Part shown: in pieces, positions 27,384-40,972 of the stretch
Numbering within the stretch: position 1 is the stretch's first letter
Layout: every line of letters starts with the position of its first letter
Assembly (NCBI RefSeq): GCF_004010195.1
Contig: NC_057718.1
Coordinates: 79,489,721-79,553,720, forward strand
Length of the DNA stretch: 64,000 bases
DNA from: Chiloscyllium plagiosum
Lineage: Eukaryota
Reading direction: 5' to 3'
Notes under the pieces: generated by a model
Databases searched by the model: none
Told to the model about the DNA's origin: nothing
The model's input: only the letters and a program-made list of their open reading frames with translations
Program-made: the position numbers and the translations under genes

Positions 27384-28435
27384 CTCACACACACAAGCAC
27401 ACATATACAATCACGATCACACTCACACAGACCCTCTCTCGTACACATGCTCTCTCTCAGACACACACACCCCCACACTCACGCACACCCTCTTATGGGA
27501 TATACTCCTTCCCACTCACTAGCACACACATACTCTCTCTCTCTCTCTCACATACATGCGTACACACACACACATAAGCCGATGGGGTGAATTTGTATTT
27601 GCAGATTTGTTTTTGCAGATACATTCTATTTTGTTCAAAAAGCTTACAAATGATGGGCAGTCAGTCCATGTGACATTTTTTCAAATCCTACTTTGGAAAT
27701 AAGACCAGTCTGACTCAAGGTTGGGATACAGGCAGACACTAACCACACACCTTTAATGCATTCGCTGAGCTGAGATGTCACCTTAAGTTATTGAATCCCT
27801 ACAGTGTGGAAACAGGCCCTTTGGCCCAACAAGTCTACACAGATCCTCTGAAGAATAATCTATCCAGACCCATTACCCTACCCTATTATTCTATATTTAC
27901 CCCTGACTAATGCACCTAATCTACACATCCCTGAACACTATGGACAATTTAGCATGGCCAATTCACCTAATTGGCATATCTTTGGATTGTGGGAGGAAAC
28001 TGGAGCACCTGGAGGAAACCCATGCAGACACAGGGAGAATGTGCAAACTCCACATAGATAGTCGCCTGAGGCTGAAATCTAACCCTGGTGCTGTGAGGCA
28101 GTAGTGCTAACCACTGAGCCACTGTGCCACCCTGAGTGTGACTTGAAAGAAGTTCTGAGATTTACATATTAATGAATCGAAACCTGCAACCCCATTCTGC
28201 ATGATTAAATACTTAACAGCCATCTAGATTTGTTCAATACATTGCATCAGTTGTATCACAGTTTGATCTTTTACTATAAATTCTGTGTCATATGATCCTA
28301 CCCCATGAGCTACCTAATGAAAGAGCAGCGCTCTGAAAGCTTGTACTTTCAAATAGGCCTGTTGGACTATAACCTGGTGTTGTGTGATATTTACTTGGTC
28401 CACCCAAGTCCAACACCAGCATCTCCACATCATGG
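27384..28435 (+). mobile_element. PLE 3' region (CA/CT-rich start, terminal repeat at end), interrupted by a SINE
   Basis: Terminal cctgttggactataacctgg shared with the PLE end at 32490; hammerhead-like UAC CUAAUGA A AGAGC AGC GCUCU GAAA GC UU GUA at 28311-28345. Confidence 0.65.
27791..28132 (-). mobile_element. HE1-like SINE
   Basis: Reverse complement of the SINE seen at 122-450. Confidence 0.88.
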
Positions 28436-28925
28436 CTATCATTGAAACAAAGAATTATCATTAATCAGGCTAAATCTTAGAAATAATTTAATCTGGTGCA
28501 AATCCAGTACATCAATTGTGCAATTAGTCTGTTTTGAAACATCAGCCTTCCCATCATCTTATGTTTTATTGTAGGTGTTTTAGTGTTAGCTAATCATAAA
28601 AATCTTCTATAATTAAATGTACATTTATCATATCTTAGTGCCTTTACCCATGTATTCTAGTCCAGCCCTTTAATTCCATAAATTAGGAGTTTGGACAATG
28701 TCAGGAGCTGTCCTGTATTCTTTCAATGTTACATAGTTGACTTTTCAAGCTCTGAAATTGGATCAAATTTTAGAATAAATATTTTGGACCCATAATTCAT
28801 TGGCTACTATGACAGTGGAGCAAAGACATGTATTACCTATTTCTCGATTTTTACTGCGATTGACATTGGTTTACATTTTAATTTAAAAATAGCGGAAAAG
28901 GTAAATGTTTTGTGCTTAATCTTAC

Positions 28926-29075
28926 CCCACAACCTACTCCATTTTGTTGCAGACACTCAATCCTACGTAGACCTGCATCAGGAAGAAGTCCAGCTCCACA
29001 ACCTGGTCTTGGGCACAGAACCCCACCCATCTGTAGCACACATTCCTCCGCAGCGTAGCGCTGATAACGATCATA
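28926..29075 (-). CDS. PRKN: Parkin exon, equivalent to human exon 9 (IBR domain)
   Basis: [50 protein letters not shown]; 150 nt, phase 0/0; acceptor catctccatttgcag, donor gtaag; in frame with the 62-nt exon. Confidence 0.96.
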
Positions 29076-29160
29076 CTGCAAATGGAGATGTTCAGCAGTT
29101 AAAACAAGGGGATTTTTGTAATTCACTGAATCAACAGAGTGCAACTTCTAGTATAATCAT

Positions 29161-29701
29161 AAAAGCAAATTACTGCGGTTGCTGGAATCTGAAACCAAGA
29201 GAAAATGCTGGAAAATCTCAGCAGGTTTGAGAGCATCTGTAAGGAGAGAAAAGAGCTGACGTTTCGAGTCTAACTGACCCTTTGTCAAAACTTTTCACTG
29301 TTCTGTACCTCTTATTTCTTGATTGTCTCTCTTTCTCTCGCTCCCCACTCTCTCATCACCTTTTTCCTCTCCTCTTCCCCCTTTGCTACCCTTCTCCCCT
29401 GTTTTCCATTTTGCCTCTGCTTCACCCATCCCCCACATATTTTGTCACATAGCACCGGCTTCAGCCTTGGTCATTCACAGCTCCTAATCTCCCCATAATC
29501 TCTCTATGCACTGTCATTATCATCTCTTTATTGCTACCTTTGCTTCTGGAGCCATGACTCACCTTCTCTCAGCCTAGTATAAATACCTCCCTATTTCTCC
29601 CTCTTTTTAGCTTTGACCAAGGGTCAGTTAGACTTGAAACGTCAGCTCTTTTCTCTCCTTACAGACACTGCCAGACCTGCTGAGATTTTCCAGCATTTTC
29701 T
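29161..29701. mobile_element. Fold-back PLE-type insertion with two hammerhead-like motifs
   Basis: 16-bp TSD cttctagtataatcat at 29145-29160 and 29702-29717; inverted arms about 29197-29292 / 29609-29704. Confidence 0.85.
29254..29292 (-). ncRNA. Hammerhead motif, U3-A8 variant
   Basis: AGUU UUGACAA A GGGUC AGUUA GACUC GAAA CG UC AGCU. Confidence 0.6.
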
Positions 29702-30463
29702 CTTCTAGTATAATCATTTGGTTGTTACCTACTGATATATTAACAAAGGTAGGAACATATCACAACACCAATTTCAGATAATAATCCTCTGTCCTGGCCC
29801 ATCCACATTGACACTACAATCAAGAAAGTCCACCAACATCTCTATTTCCAGGAAAGACTAAGGAAATTTGCATGTCCACAATGACTCATCAATTTTCTTA
29901 AATGTACCATAGAAAGCATCCAATGCATATATATGCAAATCAAGGATCACAGGCATAGTTCAATGATTGTGTGTTTATACACTGCAATATAAATGCACAT
30001 TGTTGATCTTTATCCAATGTTAAAAGCACTTTTCAACAATAACAACTTACATTTATATTCATGAAAGTTTTAACATGGATTCTCTGGTGATTAGAGTTAT
30101 ATATGACACATGGGAAGACAGTTGTGGTTGTTGGCAGTCAGACATTTTAGGTCCAATATATCTCTGCAGGAGTTTCCCAGGCCCAGTGTCCTAGGCTCAA
30201 CCATCTTCAGCTGCTTCATCAATGATGTTCCCTCCATCATAAGGTCAGAAGCACGGATGTTTGCCGATGATTGCACCATGTACAGCACAATTTGCGACTC
30301 CACAGATACTGAAGCAGTTCCATATCCAAATGCAACTGGATCTGGACAATATCCAAGCTTAGTTTGACAAGTGGCAAGTAACATTTGCCAGGCTATGGCA
30401 CAAATAAGACCATCACAAATAAGAGAAAAGCTAACCACCGTGCCTTGACGTTTAATGATTTTA

Positions 30464-30560
30464 GCTGAAAATGTGTTGCTGGAAAAGTGCAGCAGGTCAG
30501 GCAGCATCCAAGGAGCAGGAGAATTGATGTTTCAGGCATGAGCCCTTCTTCAGGAATGTT
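30464..30560 (-). mobile_element. 97-bp hammerhead-bearing PLE terminal insertion
   Basis: TSD tttaatgatttta at 30451-30463 and 30561-30573. Confidence 0.8.
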
Positions 30561-30737
30561 TTTAATGATTTTACCATCACTGGATTCTCTACTATCAACA
30601 TCTTGGGATTACCACTAACCAGAAACTCAACTTGACTCATCACATAAATATAGTGACTATGCAATCAATTCAGAGACTAAGAATACTGTGGAGAATAATA
30701 TATATCCTCACTCGCCAAAGCCTGTCCACAAGACACA

Positions 30738-32524
30738 CATCATGATGTGGAGGGCCAATGTGCTCAACACCATCAACTGCCAATTTCCAGAAGCCATTCT
30801 ACAAATCATCCACTTCATCCTCGACCACAATTGTCTTCATCTTTGACAACCAGTTCTTCATCCAAACACATGGATCAGCCACAGGGACCGAATTTGTACC
30901 CCAATATGCCAACATTTTCATGCACAATTTTGAGCAAGGCTTCTTCACTGCACGGGACCTCTGACCAATGCTATACACCAGACACATCAACAACATTTTC
31001 TTCCTTGGGACTCATGGCGAGGAGTTACTGAAATGACTACACAATGACATCTACAACTTTCATCCCACCATCAGTGTTACCATGGATTACTCTTCAAAAT
31101 CTGACTCATTCTTGGACACGCATCTCCATCAAGGACGGACACCTCAGTACCTCACACTTCCTGCAAGCCCACGAATACCTCACAATGCTGCACTTCTCTA
31201 GGCTCCATCCTAAACATATTAAGGAAACCAACCCCTATGGACAAGCATTTCACATACACAGGATCTGCTCAGATGAGGAGCAAGATGACAGACAACTAAA
31301 GATTTTGAAGGATGCACTCATAAGAATGGGATATGATGCTCAACTCTCCGATCGTCAGTTTCGACATGCCACAGCAAAAAAAAACAGAAGATAGAAAAAA
31401 GGTATGACCAAAAGAGCACCCTTCGTCGTCCAATACTTCCCGGAACAGACAACGAGGAGCATCTCACCATGATCATCCCTACACCTCCCACTTCTCGCCT
31501 TCAAACAACTGCCAAACCTAAAACAGACCATTGTTTGCAGCAAACTACCCAGCCTTCAGGACAACATTGACCACTACACCGCACAACTTTACCATGGAAA
31601 CCATGGCAAGACATGTCTGATCATCGACGTGGATGCTACCATCACATGTAGGAACACCACCCACCATGGTCATGGCAAACACTCATGTGACTTGGCCACA
31701 GTTGTCCATTTCACACATTGAAGGCAAGGATGTCCCAAGGCATGGTATATTGGTGAGTGCATGCAAACACTACAACAAAGGATGAATAGACACTGCACAA
31801 CAATAGCCAGACAGGAATGTTCCCTCCCAGTCAGGGAATACTTCAGCGGTCAAGGACATTCCGCCTCCGATCTTTAGGTAAGTGTCCTCCAAGGTAGTCT
31901 GAGAGATATACAACAGCGCAGAATCATGGAGCAGAAACTGATAGCCAAATTGCATACCCATGAAGATGGCCTCCGCCATGATCTTGGTTCATGTCGCGCT
32001 ACATGTGACCCCATCATACTGCTCTGCATTTGTAAAATCTTCTTTACTATCCTGTTTTGACACATTACCTTGAAATATTGTCATGACCTTTCTACCTTAA
32101 TTAGTTTGTACAGTTTTGGATTACTTATTATTTTGGTTAGACCCTCGGCGTGTGACTCTTATACCTATCATGTTATTCCACTCATTTGTTTTTTTCTCAG
32201 CACTACCTTATTTTTAGTTTTTTTGCATTTGTTTCTCTGCCTTATTGAATCTGATGATAGCTCACCCCTTTGCTTGTTATTCAGCTGTTGACACTTTACT
32301 CACTCTGTCCAACACTCTTTATCACCTTCAGAGAGCTATTATTCGGCCCTTCAAAACTCCACTCACACCATTTGCATGGTCTTTTGATCTCTGTGCCCAT
32401 TGATTTCTGTCTATAAATTCTGTGCCTGTGTGTTTCTTTCTCACCTCACCTGACAAAGGGGCAATACTTGTGAATTCAAATAAAAACCTGTTGGACTATA
32501 ACCTGGTATTGTGTAACTTCTGAC
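30738..32524 (+). mobile_element. Degraded Penelope-like element
   Basis: QTHGSATGT..PQYANIFM RT motif, PYGQ..I.RICS thumb, CPKAWYIGE GIY-YIG near 31730-31760; imperfect TSD caag(a/g)caca. Confidence 0.85.
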
Positions 32525-32754
32525 CAAGGCACAAGTCAGGAGTGTGATTGAATACTCCTCACTTGCCTGGACGATTACAGCCCCTAACAACCCAGGAAGC
32601 TTTAAATCATCCAGGACAAAGCAGCCAGCTTGATTAGCACTAGGTCCACAAGCATCCACTCCCTCCATCACTGAGGTCCAGTAGCAGCAGTATGTACTAT
32701 CTACAAGGTTCACTGCAGAAATTCATCAAACTCCTCAGACAGCATCTTCAAATC

Positions 32755-32884
32755 AAAGTCAAGATTAGAGTGGTGCCCGAAACATCAATTTTCCTGCTCC
32801 TTGGAGGCTGCCTGACCTGCTGTGCATTTCAGCACCACGCTAATGTTGACTCTAATCTTCAGCATCTGCAGTCCTCACTTTCGC
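32755..32884 (+). mobile_element. Short PLE terminal insertion with a 21-nt inverted 5' piece
   Basis: TSD ca(t/c)cttcaaatc at 32743-32754 and 32885-32896. Confidence 0.7.
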
Positions 32885-32997
32885 CACCTTCAAATCCAAG
32901 ACCACTTCCATCTCTAATTTATAGATGGCGCTAAAAGGTGCAGGAGCGCACTTAAAAGGGATATCGGAAGAGCAAAAAGAGGGTATGAGATGGATCT

Positions 32998-33122
32998 AGG
33001 AGAAAGTGAGGACTGTAGATGCTGGAGATCAGAGTCGAGAGTATGGTGCTGGAAAAGCACAGCAGGTCAGGCAGCATTCGAGGAGCAGGAAAATCGACGT
33101 TTCGGGCAGGAGCCCTTCATCA
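32998..33122 (-). mobile_element. 125-bp PLE terminal insertion, truncated within the hammerhead core
   Basis: 14-bp TSD tatgagatggatct at 32984-32997 and 33123-33136. Confidence 0.85.
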
Positions 33123-33360
33123 TATGAGATGGATCTGGCAGATAAGGTTAAAGATAAACCCAAGAGGTTTATAGCTATATTCAGAGTAAAAGGGTGGGAA
33201 GGGAGAGAATGGGTCCCATTAAAGATCAGCATGGTCGTCTATGTGTGGAACCACAGGAGATGGTGGAGATTTTTAATGAATACTTCTCAGTATTTACTGG
33301 GGAGAGAATCATGGATGTTAAGGAAATAAGGGAGGCAAGTAGTGATGTTTTGGACTGTAA

Positions 33361-33386
<26 letters not shown>
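33361..33386. repeat. (AT)n microsatellite
   Basis: Direct reading. Confidence 0.95.
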
Positions 33387-33392
<6 letters not shown>

Positions 33393-35349
33393 AAACAAGA
33401 GACGAGGCATCTGCAGCATTAAAGTGCATTAAGGTGGATAAATCCCCTGGGCCTTATCAAGTCTATCCTCAGATGTTGTGGGAGGGTAGGAAGAAATTGC
33501 AGAAGTCCCTGAAGAGATTTCTGCTCCATCTTTAGCCACTGATGAAGTTCTGGAATACTGGAGGGTGGCTAATGTTGTTCCATTGTTTAAGAAAGATAGC
33601 AAAGACAAGCCAGGGAACTACAGTCTGATATCAGTGGTAGGCAAGTTGTTGGAGAAGATACTGAGGGACAGTCAAGGTCTGACTAGGAATAGTCAGCATG
33701 GATTTGTGCACAAAAAGTCATGTCTGACAAATCTTTTAGAGCTTTTTGAAGACATAACCAAGAGGATAAATGAGGGTAGGGCAGTGGATGTTGTCTGTCT
33801 GGACTCTAGTGTTGCTTTTGACAAGGTCCCGCAATGCAGTCATGAAGGTTAGGTTGTATGGAATCCAGGGAGATCTAGCTAATTGGATTCAAAATTGGCT
33901 TGATGGTAGGAAGCAGAGAGTGATAGTGAAGGCTTAGGACTGGAGGCTTGGGACTCATGGTGAGGCACAGGGGTTGGTACTGAGACCTTGGTTATTTGTT
34001 ATTTACATAAATGATCTGGGTCTGAATGTACAAGGCATGATTAGGAAGTTTGTGGAAGATATAAAATTAAGAGGTATTATTGATAGCAAAGAAGGCTATC
34101 AAAAATTGCAGAAGGATCTTGATCAGATGGGGAAGTGGATTGAGGATTGGCAAATGCAATTCAATACAGAGAAGTCCGAGTTGTGGCACTTTGGAAAGTC
34201 AAACCAAGGTAGCGTTTATACAGTAAATGGTATGATCCAGATGAGTGTTGTGGAACAGAGGGACCTAGGAACACAAGTACGCAGTTCATTGAAAGCGGCA
34301 TCACAGATAGACAGAATGGTGAAAAAGGCATTTAGCATGCTGGCCTTCATCAGTCAAGGCATTGAGTGGAGGAGTTGGGATGTTAGGTTAAGTTGTATAA
34401 GTCATTGGTGAGGCTGCACTTGGAGTATCATGCACAGTTTTGGTCACCCTGTTATGGGAAAGACATAGTTAAACTGGAAAAAGTGCAAAGAAGACTTACG
34501 AGGATGTTGCCAGGACTAGTAGGCCTGAGTTAGAGAGAGAGATTGGTCAGGATAGGATTGTATTCCTTGGCATATAGGAGAATGAGCGGTGACCTTATTG
34601 AGGTGTATTAAATTATAAGGGGCATAGATAGGATGAATGCATATTCCCAGGGATGGGGAATTAAAAATAAGAAAGCATAGATATAAGGTGAGAGGGGAAA
34701 GATTTAAGAAGGACCTGAGGGGCAACTTCTTCATGCAGGGATGATGTGTATATGGAATGGGCTGCCAAAGAAAATGGTTGAGGCAAGTACAATAGCAACA
34801 TTTTTAAAAAATGGATAGGTACATGGATGGGAAGGGTTTGGAGGGATATGGACCAAATGCAGGCAATTGGAACTAGCTGAATGGGCATCATGGTCAGCAT
34901 AGACCTTTTTGGGCTGTTTCTATGTTGTATTGAACTATGATTCTATCTAGAAGGTCAGGGCAGCAGATATATGGGAACACCAGCATCTTCAAGTTCCCCT
35001 CCAAGCTACCCACTATCCTGACTTGGAAATTTATCGCTGTTCCTTCACTGTCGCTGGGTCAAAATCCTAAAATTCCCTCCCTAATGGCATTGTGGGTTAA
35101 CCCATAGCTGGTGGACTGCAAGAAGGCACCTCACTACCACCTTCTCAAGGGTAACTAGGAATGGGCAATAAATGCTGGCCAGCCAGCAATGCCCACATGC
35201 CACAAATGAATTTTAAAAAAGCCCCAAGTTGCAAGGAACTATTAGATTAAGTGATGAAAAGCTGGATAAAAAAGTTAGACATTTAAGGGGTTGGTTTTGA
35301 ACATGGGGGCATGATCAAGATGTTCAGGATTTTTAATAGTGTAGAAATT

Positions 35350-38300
35350 AGTGAGGAGGATAGTTGTAAACTGCTGTAGAATATCAATGGAGTGAACAGG
35401 TAGGCAGTGCAGTGGCAAACGTAATTCAATCTGGAGAAGTGTGAGGTAATGCACCTGGGAAAGGCTATCAAGGCGAGGACTCACACTATAAATGGTAGGA
35501 CGCTGGCAACTACTGAAGATCAGAGGAGTCCTGTTGTCTATATTCACAGATTCCTGCAGGTAGCAGGGCAGGTAGGGAATTACTTAAGAAGGCCTATGGG
35601 ATGTTTCCACACTGTAGGGATTCTATGATTCTAGGGATATTTCCTTTATTATCCAAGGTATGAAATAGAAGAGCAAGGAGGTTATGGTGAAAATATATAA
35701 CTGGTTAGGCCATAATTGGAGTATAGTGTGTAGTTCTGATCACTACATTACAGGAATGATGTGATTGCAATAGAATCATAGAGTCATAATGATCTACAGC
35801 ACTGAAAAAAAGGCTATTTTGCCCTTTGCATGTGAGCTGATCAAAACAACCACCTACCTATTCTAATTCCATTTTCAGCACTTGATCCATAGTCTTGCAT
35901 GCCTTGGCATCATAAGTGCACATCAAAAAACTTCTTAAATATTATGAGGGTTTCCATCTCTACATGGTGAGTTCCAAATTCTCTGGTTGAAATCGCTTTT
36001 TCTCACATCTCCTGTAAACATTTCTGCCCCTTCCCTTAAATCTGTGTCCCTTGGACATTGAACCTTCCATCAAGGAGACAAGTTTATTCATGTCTACACT
36101 ATCTATGTCCCTCATAATTTTATACATTCAATCGTGTCCCCTCTTGATCTCTTTTGTTCTAAAGAAAACAATCCCAGTCTGTCCAATTTACCTTCATAAC
36201 TGAAATTCCCCAGCCCAGGCAACCCTAGTAGCCTCTCCAATGCTATCATATCCCTTCTATAATGTGGATTCCAGAGCTGCACAAAATACTCTATCTATGG
36301 CCTAACCATTGTTTTATACACTTCCAGCATAACCTCCCTGCTCTTAAACTCTATGCCTCAGCTAATAAAGGCAAGTTTACCATATGCCTTCTTAAACACT
36401 TTATCCACCTGTTCTGATGCCATGAGGGACCAGTAGATATGCACTTCAAAGTTCCTCTGTTACCTGGTACTTCCCAAGATCTTACTATTCATCATGTATT
36501 ACCTTGCCTTGTATGTCCTACCTACTTCATCACCTCACGATTGAATTCCATTACCCATTGGGAAGCCCATTTGACCAGCCTGAATATATATCCACTTGTT
36601 AGTCTAAGGCTATCCTCCTCACCATTTACCAACCCTAAATTTTTGAATCATCTGCAAACTTATTGATCAACCCTTCTCCATTCAAGTCTAAATCATTTAT
36701 GTTAATCACAAACAATGAGGGCTCCAATACCGAACCTTGTGGGACCTCACCAGACACAGACTTCTAATTGGAAAATGCCTCTCAACCATCACCCTCTTCT
36801 TCCTTCCACTCAGGAAACTGAGGATTCAATTTGCCAAACTTCCTTTGGATCTCATGGGATCTTACCTTTGCTATCAGTCTCCCGTGCAGAATCTTATCAA
36901 GAGTCATTCTGAAGTCCAAGTAGATTACATCAAAAACATTGTCCTCATCTTCAAACCTGGTCACATCTTTGGAAAGTTTAATCATTGGGTCAGACATTAC
37001 CTCCATTTAACAAAACCATGCTGACTGTTCTTGATTAATGCCTGCTTCTCCAAATGTAGATTAATTCTGTCTCTCAGAATTGCTTCCAATAGTTTCCCAA
37101 CCACTGAGGTTAGACTGCCTTGCCTATAGCTTCTTAGTTTATCACTTTTTCTTTCTTGAATAATGCTACCCTTCTTGAATCATGTTACTGCATTGGCTGT
37201 CCTCCAATCCTTTGGCACCTCTCTGTGGCCAGAGAAGAATTGAAAGTATTTGCAAGTGCCTCTGCCATTTCTTCCCTTGTTTCACATATCTACTTTTAAT
37301 CCTGCCAGAAACTCCTTTCTGTCCACATTAATTTCTTTTAACTGTATCACAGACCTTGTACCTGATTTACCTACATTCAAATCACTCCTCTCATAAGTGA
37401 ACACTGACCCAAAGTATTAGTTTAGAACCCTATTGACATCCTCTAGCTCCACACTTAAATTATTGCTGTGGTCCTTAATAGGCCTTACTCTTTCTCTTGT
37501 TATCCATTTACCCTTAATGTAATTGGGAAACAATTTAGGATTTTCTTTTAGAAGAGGATGCAGAGAAGATTTACCAGGATTTTGCATGGGCTGGTAGGTC
37601 TGAGCCATGAGGAAAGATTGATAAGCTGGAGTTGTTTTCTAGGGAGTGGTAATGGTTGAGAAGAGACCTGATAGAAGTAAGATTATGAGGAGTACAGATG
37701 GGGTGGATAGGAAGGCACTTTTTTCCATTAGCAGAGGGGTCCATAATTAGGGCTCCATGGAGTTAAGGTAAGAGGTAAATGACTAAGAGGGGAGATGGGC
37801 AGAAATTATTTCACCCAGAGAGTGGTAGGAGTTTGGCATTCAATGTCTGAAAGGGTGATTGAGTCAGAGATTCTCATAACTTTCAAGCAGTATTTAGATA
37901 TTGATTTGCATTACCATAGCCTCCAGGGCTACGGGCCAAAAGTTGGAAAATGGACTTAATTGAGGTTGCTGAAGTTGTACAAAATGTTGGTGAGGCCTCA
38001 TCGGCGGTACTGTGTCCAGTTCTGATCACCCAGAATAGGAACGATATTATTAAGCTTGAGAGGATTCAGAAGAGATTTATCCAGATGCTGTCGGGAATGG
38101 AGGCTTTGAGTTATAAGGAGAGGCTGGAGAGGCTGGGACCTTAATTACTGAAGCTGTAGAAAGTTGAGGGGTGACCTTATAGAAGTTAATAAATAAGGTG
38201 AATGACAGGTGTTTTTTTTCTCTAGGGCAGGGATTTCAAGAATGGGGGCATATTTCTAAGGTGAGAGGAGAAAGATTTAAAAAAGACACGAGGGACAATT

Positions 38301-38600
38301 TTTTTTACACAGAGAGTGGTTAATGTGTGGAATAAACTTCCGGAGGAAGTAACAGCTATGGGTACAGTTACATCTAAAAGACATTTAGATATGTACATGC
38401 AAAAGAAATACTTGGAGGGTATGGGCCAAGCCACAGGCAGGTGGGACCGCTTTAGTTTGGGATTATGGTCGACATGGACTGGTTGGATCGAAGGTCTGTT
38501 TCTGAACAGCATGACTCTATGATTCCATGTCTCCAGTGTAGCCAGATCGTCATTGACTGGCTCAGACAGGATGGGCCAAATGGCCTCCTTCTCTGTTTTA
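35350..38600. mobile_element. Nested CR1 cluster: + copy (35350-35770, 37550-37950, 38530-38600) with a - copy (about 35775-37550) and a + copy (about 37960-38525) inserted
   Basis: DVIYLDF..DKILHGRLI (minus), LERIQKRF (plus); CR1 3' tails at 35775 and 38520. Confidence 0.75.
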
Positions 38601-40630
38601 AAGGAGGACAGATTGAGATGGACAGGTTTAGAGTGGATATTTACAACTTGGCATCTCGGTGGCTGAAGGCAGGACAGCTAATTGTGGAGTGACTACAATT
38701 GAGCAAAAGAAAGTGCACAAGGCCAAAATCAGACAGACAAAGAGATTTGAGATCAGTAAGGCTGGATAATGTTACAAAGTCTGGTATAATTGTAGCTTAT
38801 TCTTGCACTCCAATCCCCTTGAAACACAGCCTAGTTAGTATGTCAGTTATCTTCCTGATCGCATGCAGTCCCTGCATGCTAAATTTCTACATTCTTATAC
38901 AAGTACACCCAAGTGTCTCTGAACATCAACATTTACCAACTGAAAGGGAAAATAGAAAGCATAGCCAATTGAAGGGGCTTATAAGGGTGAAAATAACAGT
39001 CCAGGTTTACTGTAATTACAAAGTACATACCAACAGTTAGAAGATTCACTAATGCTAGAAGTTGTGAATATGTAAGAAAGATGAAGTTATCATAGTCTTA
39101 CCAGTTTGTAGGGCTGCTCTCTTATTTGAAAGAGTTGCCTGTTGATGGATAACCTGAAGGTCACCACACCTCAGATGAGGGGAAAGGTTGAGAAGGAGCA
39201 TCCTTCATAGTAACCACAGCTGGTGCAGGAATGGAACCCACATTGTTGGCCTTACTCTGCATCACAAGCTAGCTGTCCTGTTAACTGAGATAACTGACCC
39301 CTAAACATTACCTGGATCTCGAGATTAGTCCAGCAATAATATTATTAGATCCTCACCTCTCCCTGTATAAATATGTAATGACATGATTAGGTCCTATAAT
39401 CACATGTATTAGTTTGAATATTACTGGATAATAATGCCATATGTATGAGTTTGAACGTGACTGGATAATATAGTTATGTATACTCATTGGGAATGTGAAT
39501 GATATAAATACAACTGGGTAGAGATGGGGAGAGTAAATGTGTAACCTTTTGAGTGGAAATGATTTTCTTAGAGAACAATTGATTGGAAGTTTGAAAAATA
39601 ATAGCAAAACTTTATTCCGGCAATAAAAATTTGAGCTGTACGCTCTTTCCTTCACGTGTACATCTCCCATGCATGAATAAATGTTTAAATGGTCTAAGAG
39701 GAAATAAAGGGTTAACTCACCCTTTCACCAACAGTTTATTAACTTTATATAAGTACTTACTTATCACTGATTTTAATATGATTGAGCTCAATGTACACCT
39801 CAGATTTGCCAATCAGGATCAGGAACCCTACTTCCTTATTGAACAACACTTCTCTTTGGAAGCAATATAGAAAAGGCGAGCATGAAACCACACTCTGTTC
39901 CTCAGTAATAAGTGTTGTATTCTCCAAGAGGGAAAGAAACAGTAAAGTAATTCATGGTCATGAATGTGCTACATACTAGAAGTCCATTTTGAAATATACA
40001 AATGTGTCATTTGTAGGATTTACTGGTGTCCGCTGTGATTTAAAGGTCCTGCTGCAGGTGAAGGCAACTGACTGAAGATCAGTGTATAATGTAGGCTTGC
40101 AGGTGGATGGGAGGGAAATTAATGAGTGAAGTGGTAAGTGGTTGAGGGGGGGTTGGGGAGTAATGTGATTCTCCCTTTAGCAGGCTACAGTTTACCATAT
40201 GCAACAATACTAATGCTATCCATTGTAACATAAGAAACTAAGATTGGACAATGTAGTATTGAAGACTTCAACAGATTTTTATGACGACTAATTATTGTCT
40301 ACAAACATTGCATTCATAGGCACAACAGTAACAGGCTAACATTGTTACTAGGTTACAATCGAGAAGCTTCAAGTGATCCCAATCAAAATGGAGTATGAGA
40401 CCTCTACACTCTTAGATCACATGCTATAAATTGTCCTGGAGAAATAGATGGAGATCCATCTTCTTAAAATTCCGTGGACTGAAAACTCAGGGAGATATGT
40501 GCTGACGGAAGGTCTGAGCTTATATGTAGGTAAAAATAAGCAATGTATATAGACGAATGAGCAATCTACAGGGAGCCAGAGCTTTTCACCTTTAAGACTG
40601 AGGAAGCATATGTAGGTTAAAATCATTATT

Positions 40631-40972
40631 ATCATAGAATCCCTACAGTTTGGAAACAGGCCATTCAGCCTGTCAAATTCACACTAACTCTCTGAACAGC
40701 ATCCTACCCAGATCCACCACCCCAACACTATCCCTGTAACCCTGCATTTCCACCTAGTTTGGGCATCCCTGGACACAATGAATAATTTAGTATGACCAAT
40801 CCACCTAACCTGCACATCTTTGGACTGTGGGAAGAAACAGTGCATCCAGAGGATGGCCCACAGAGACAAGGGGAGAACGTGCAAACTCCACACAGTGACC
40901 CAAAGTTGGAATTGAAGCTGGGACCCTGGCACCATGAGGCAGCTGTGCTAACCACTGAGCTACCATGGCACT
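40631..40972 (-). mobile_element. HE1-like SINE (older copy)
   Basis: Reverse complement of SINE head, core and tail. Confidence 0.85.

Larger units (their letters stand above)
32925..34945 (+). mobile_element. CR1 LINE, degraded
   Basis: FNEYFSVFT, QHGF, KAFSMLAFISQG motifs; ctatga tail. Confidence 0.88.
30104..35220 (+). mobile_element. Old CR1/L2-group LINE hosting nested insertions
   Basis: SVLGSTIFSCFINDVPS...MFADDCTMY; sequence resumes at 30561, 32525, 32885 and about 34946; AATAAA-containing, A-rich 3' end. Confidence 0.75.

Noticed and set aside
1..28925. Next parkin exon (exon 10 equivalent, FCRxCK...H motif)
   Set aside because: Not found by eye on the minus strand; probably beyond the window or in the gap. 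tBLASTn would settle it.
28878..29144. 88-aa ORF as a standalone gene
   Set aside because: Only 28926-29075 matches parkin; the flanks are intron read-through past clear splice sites.
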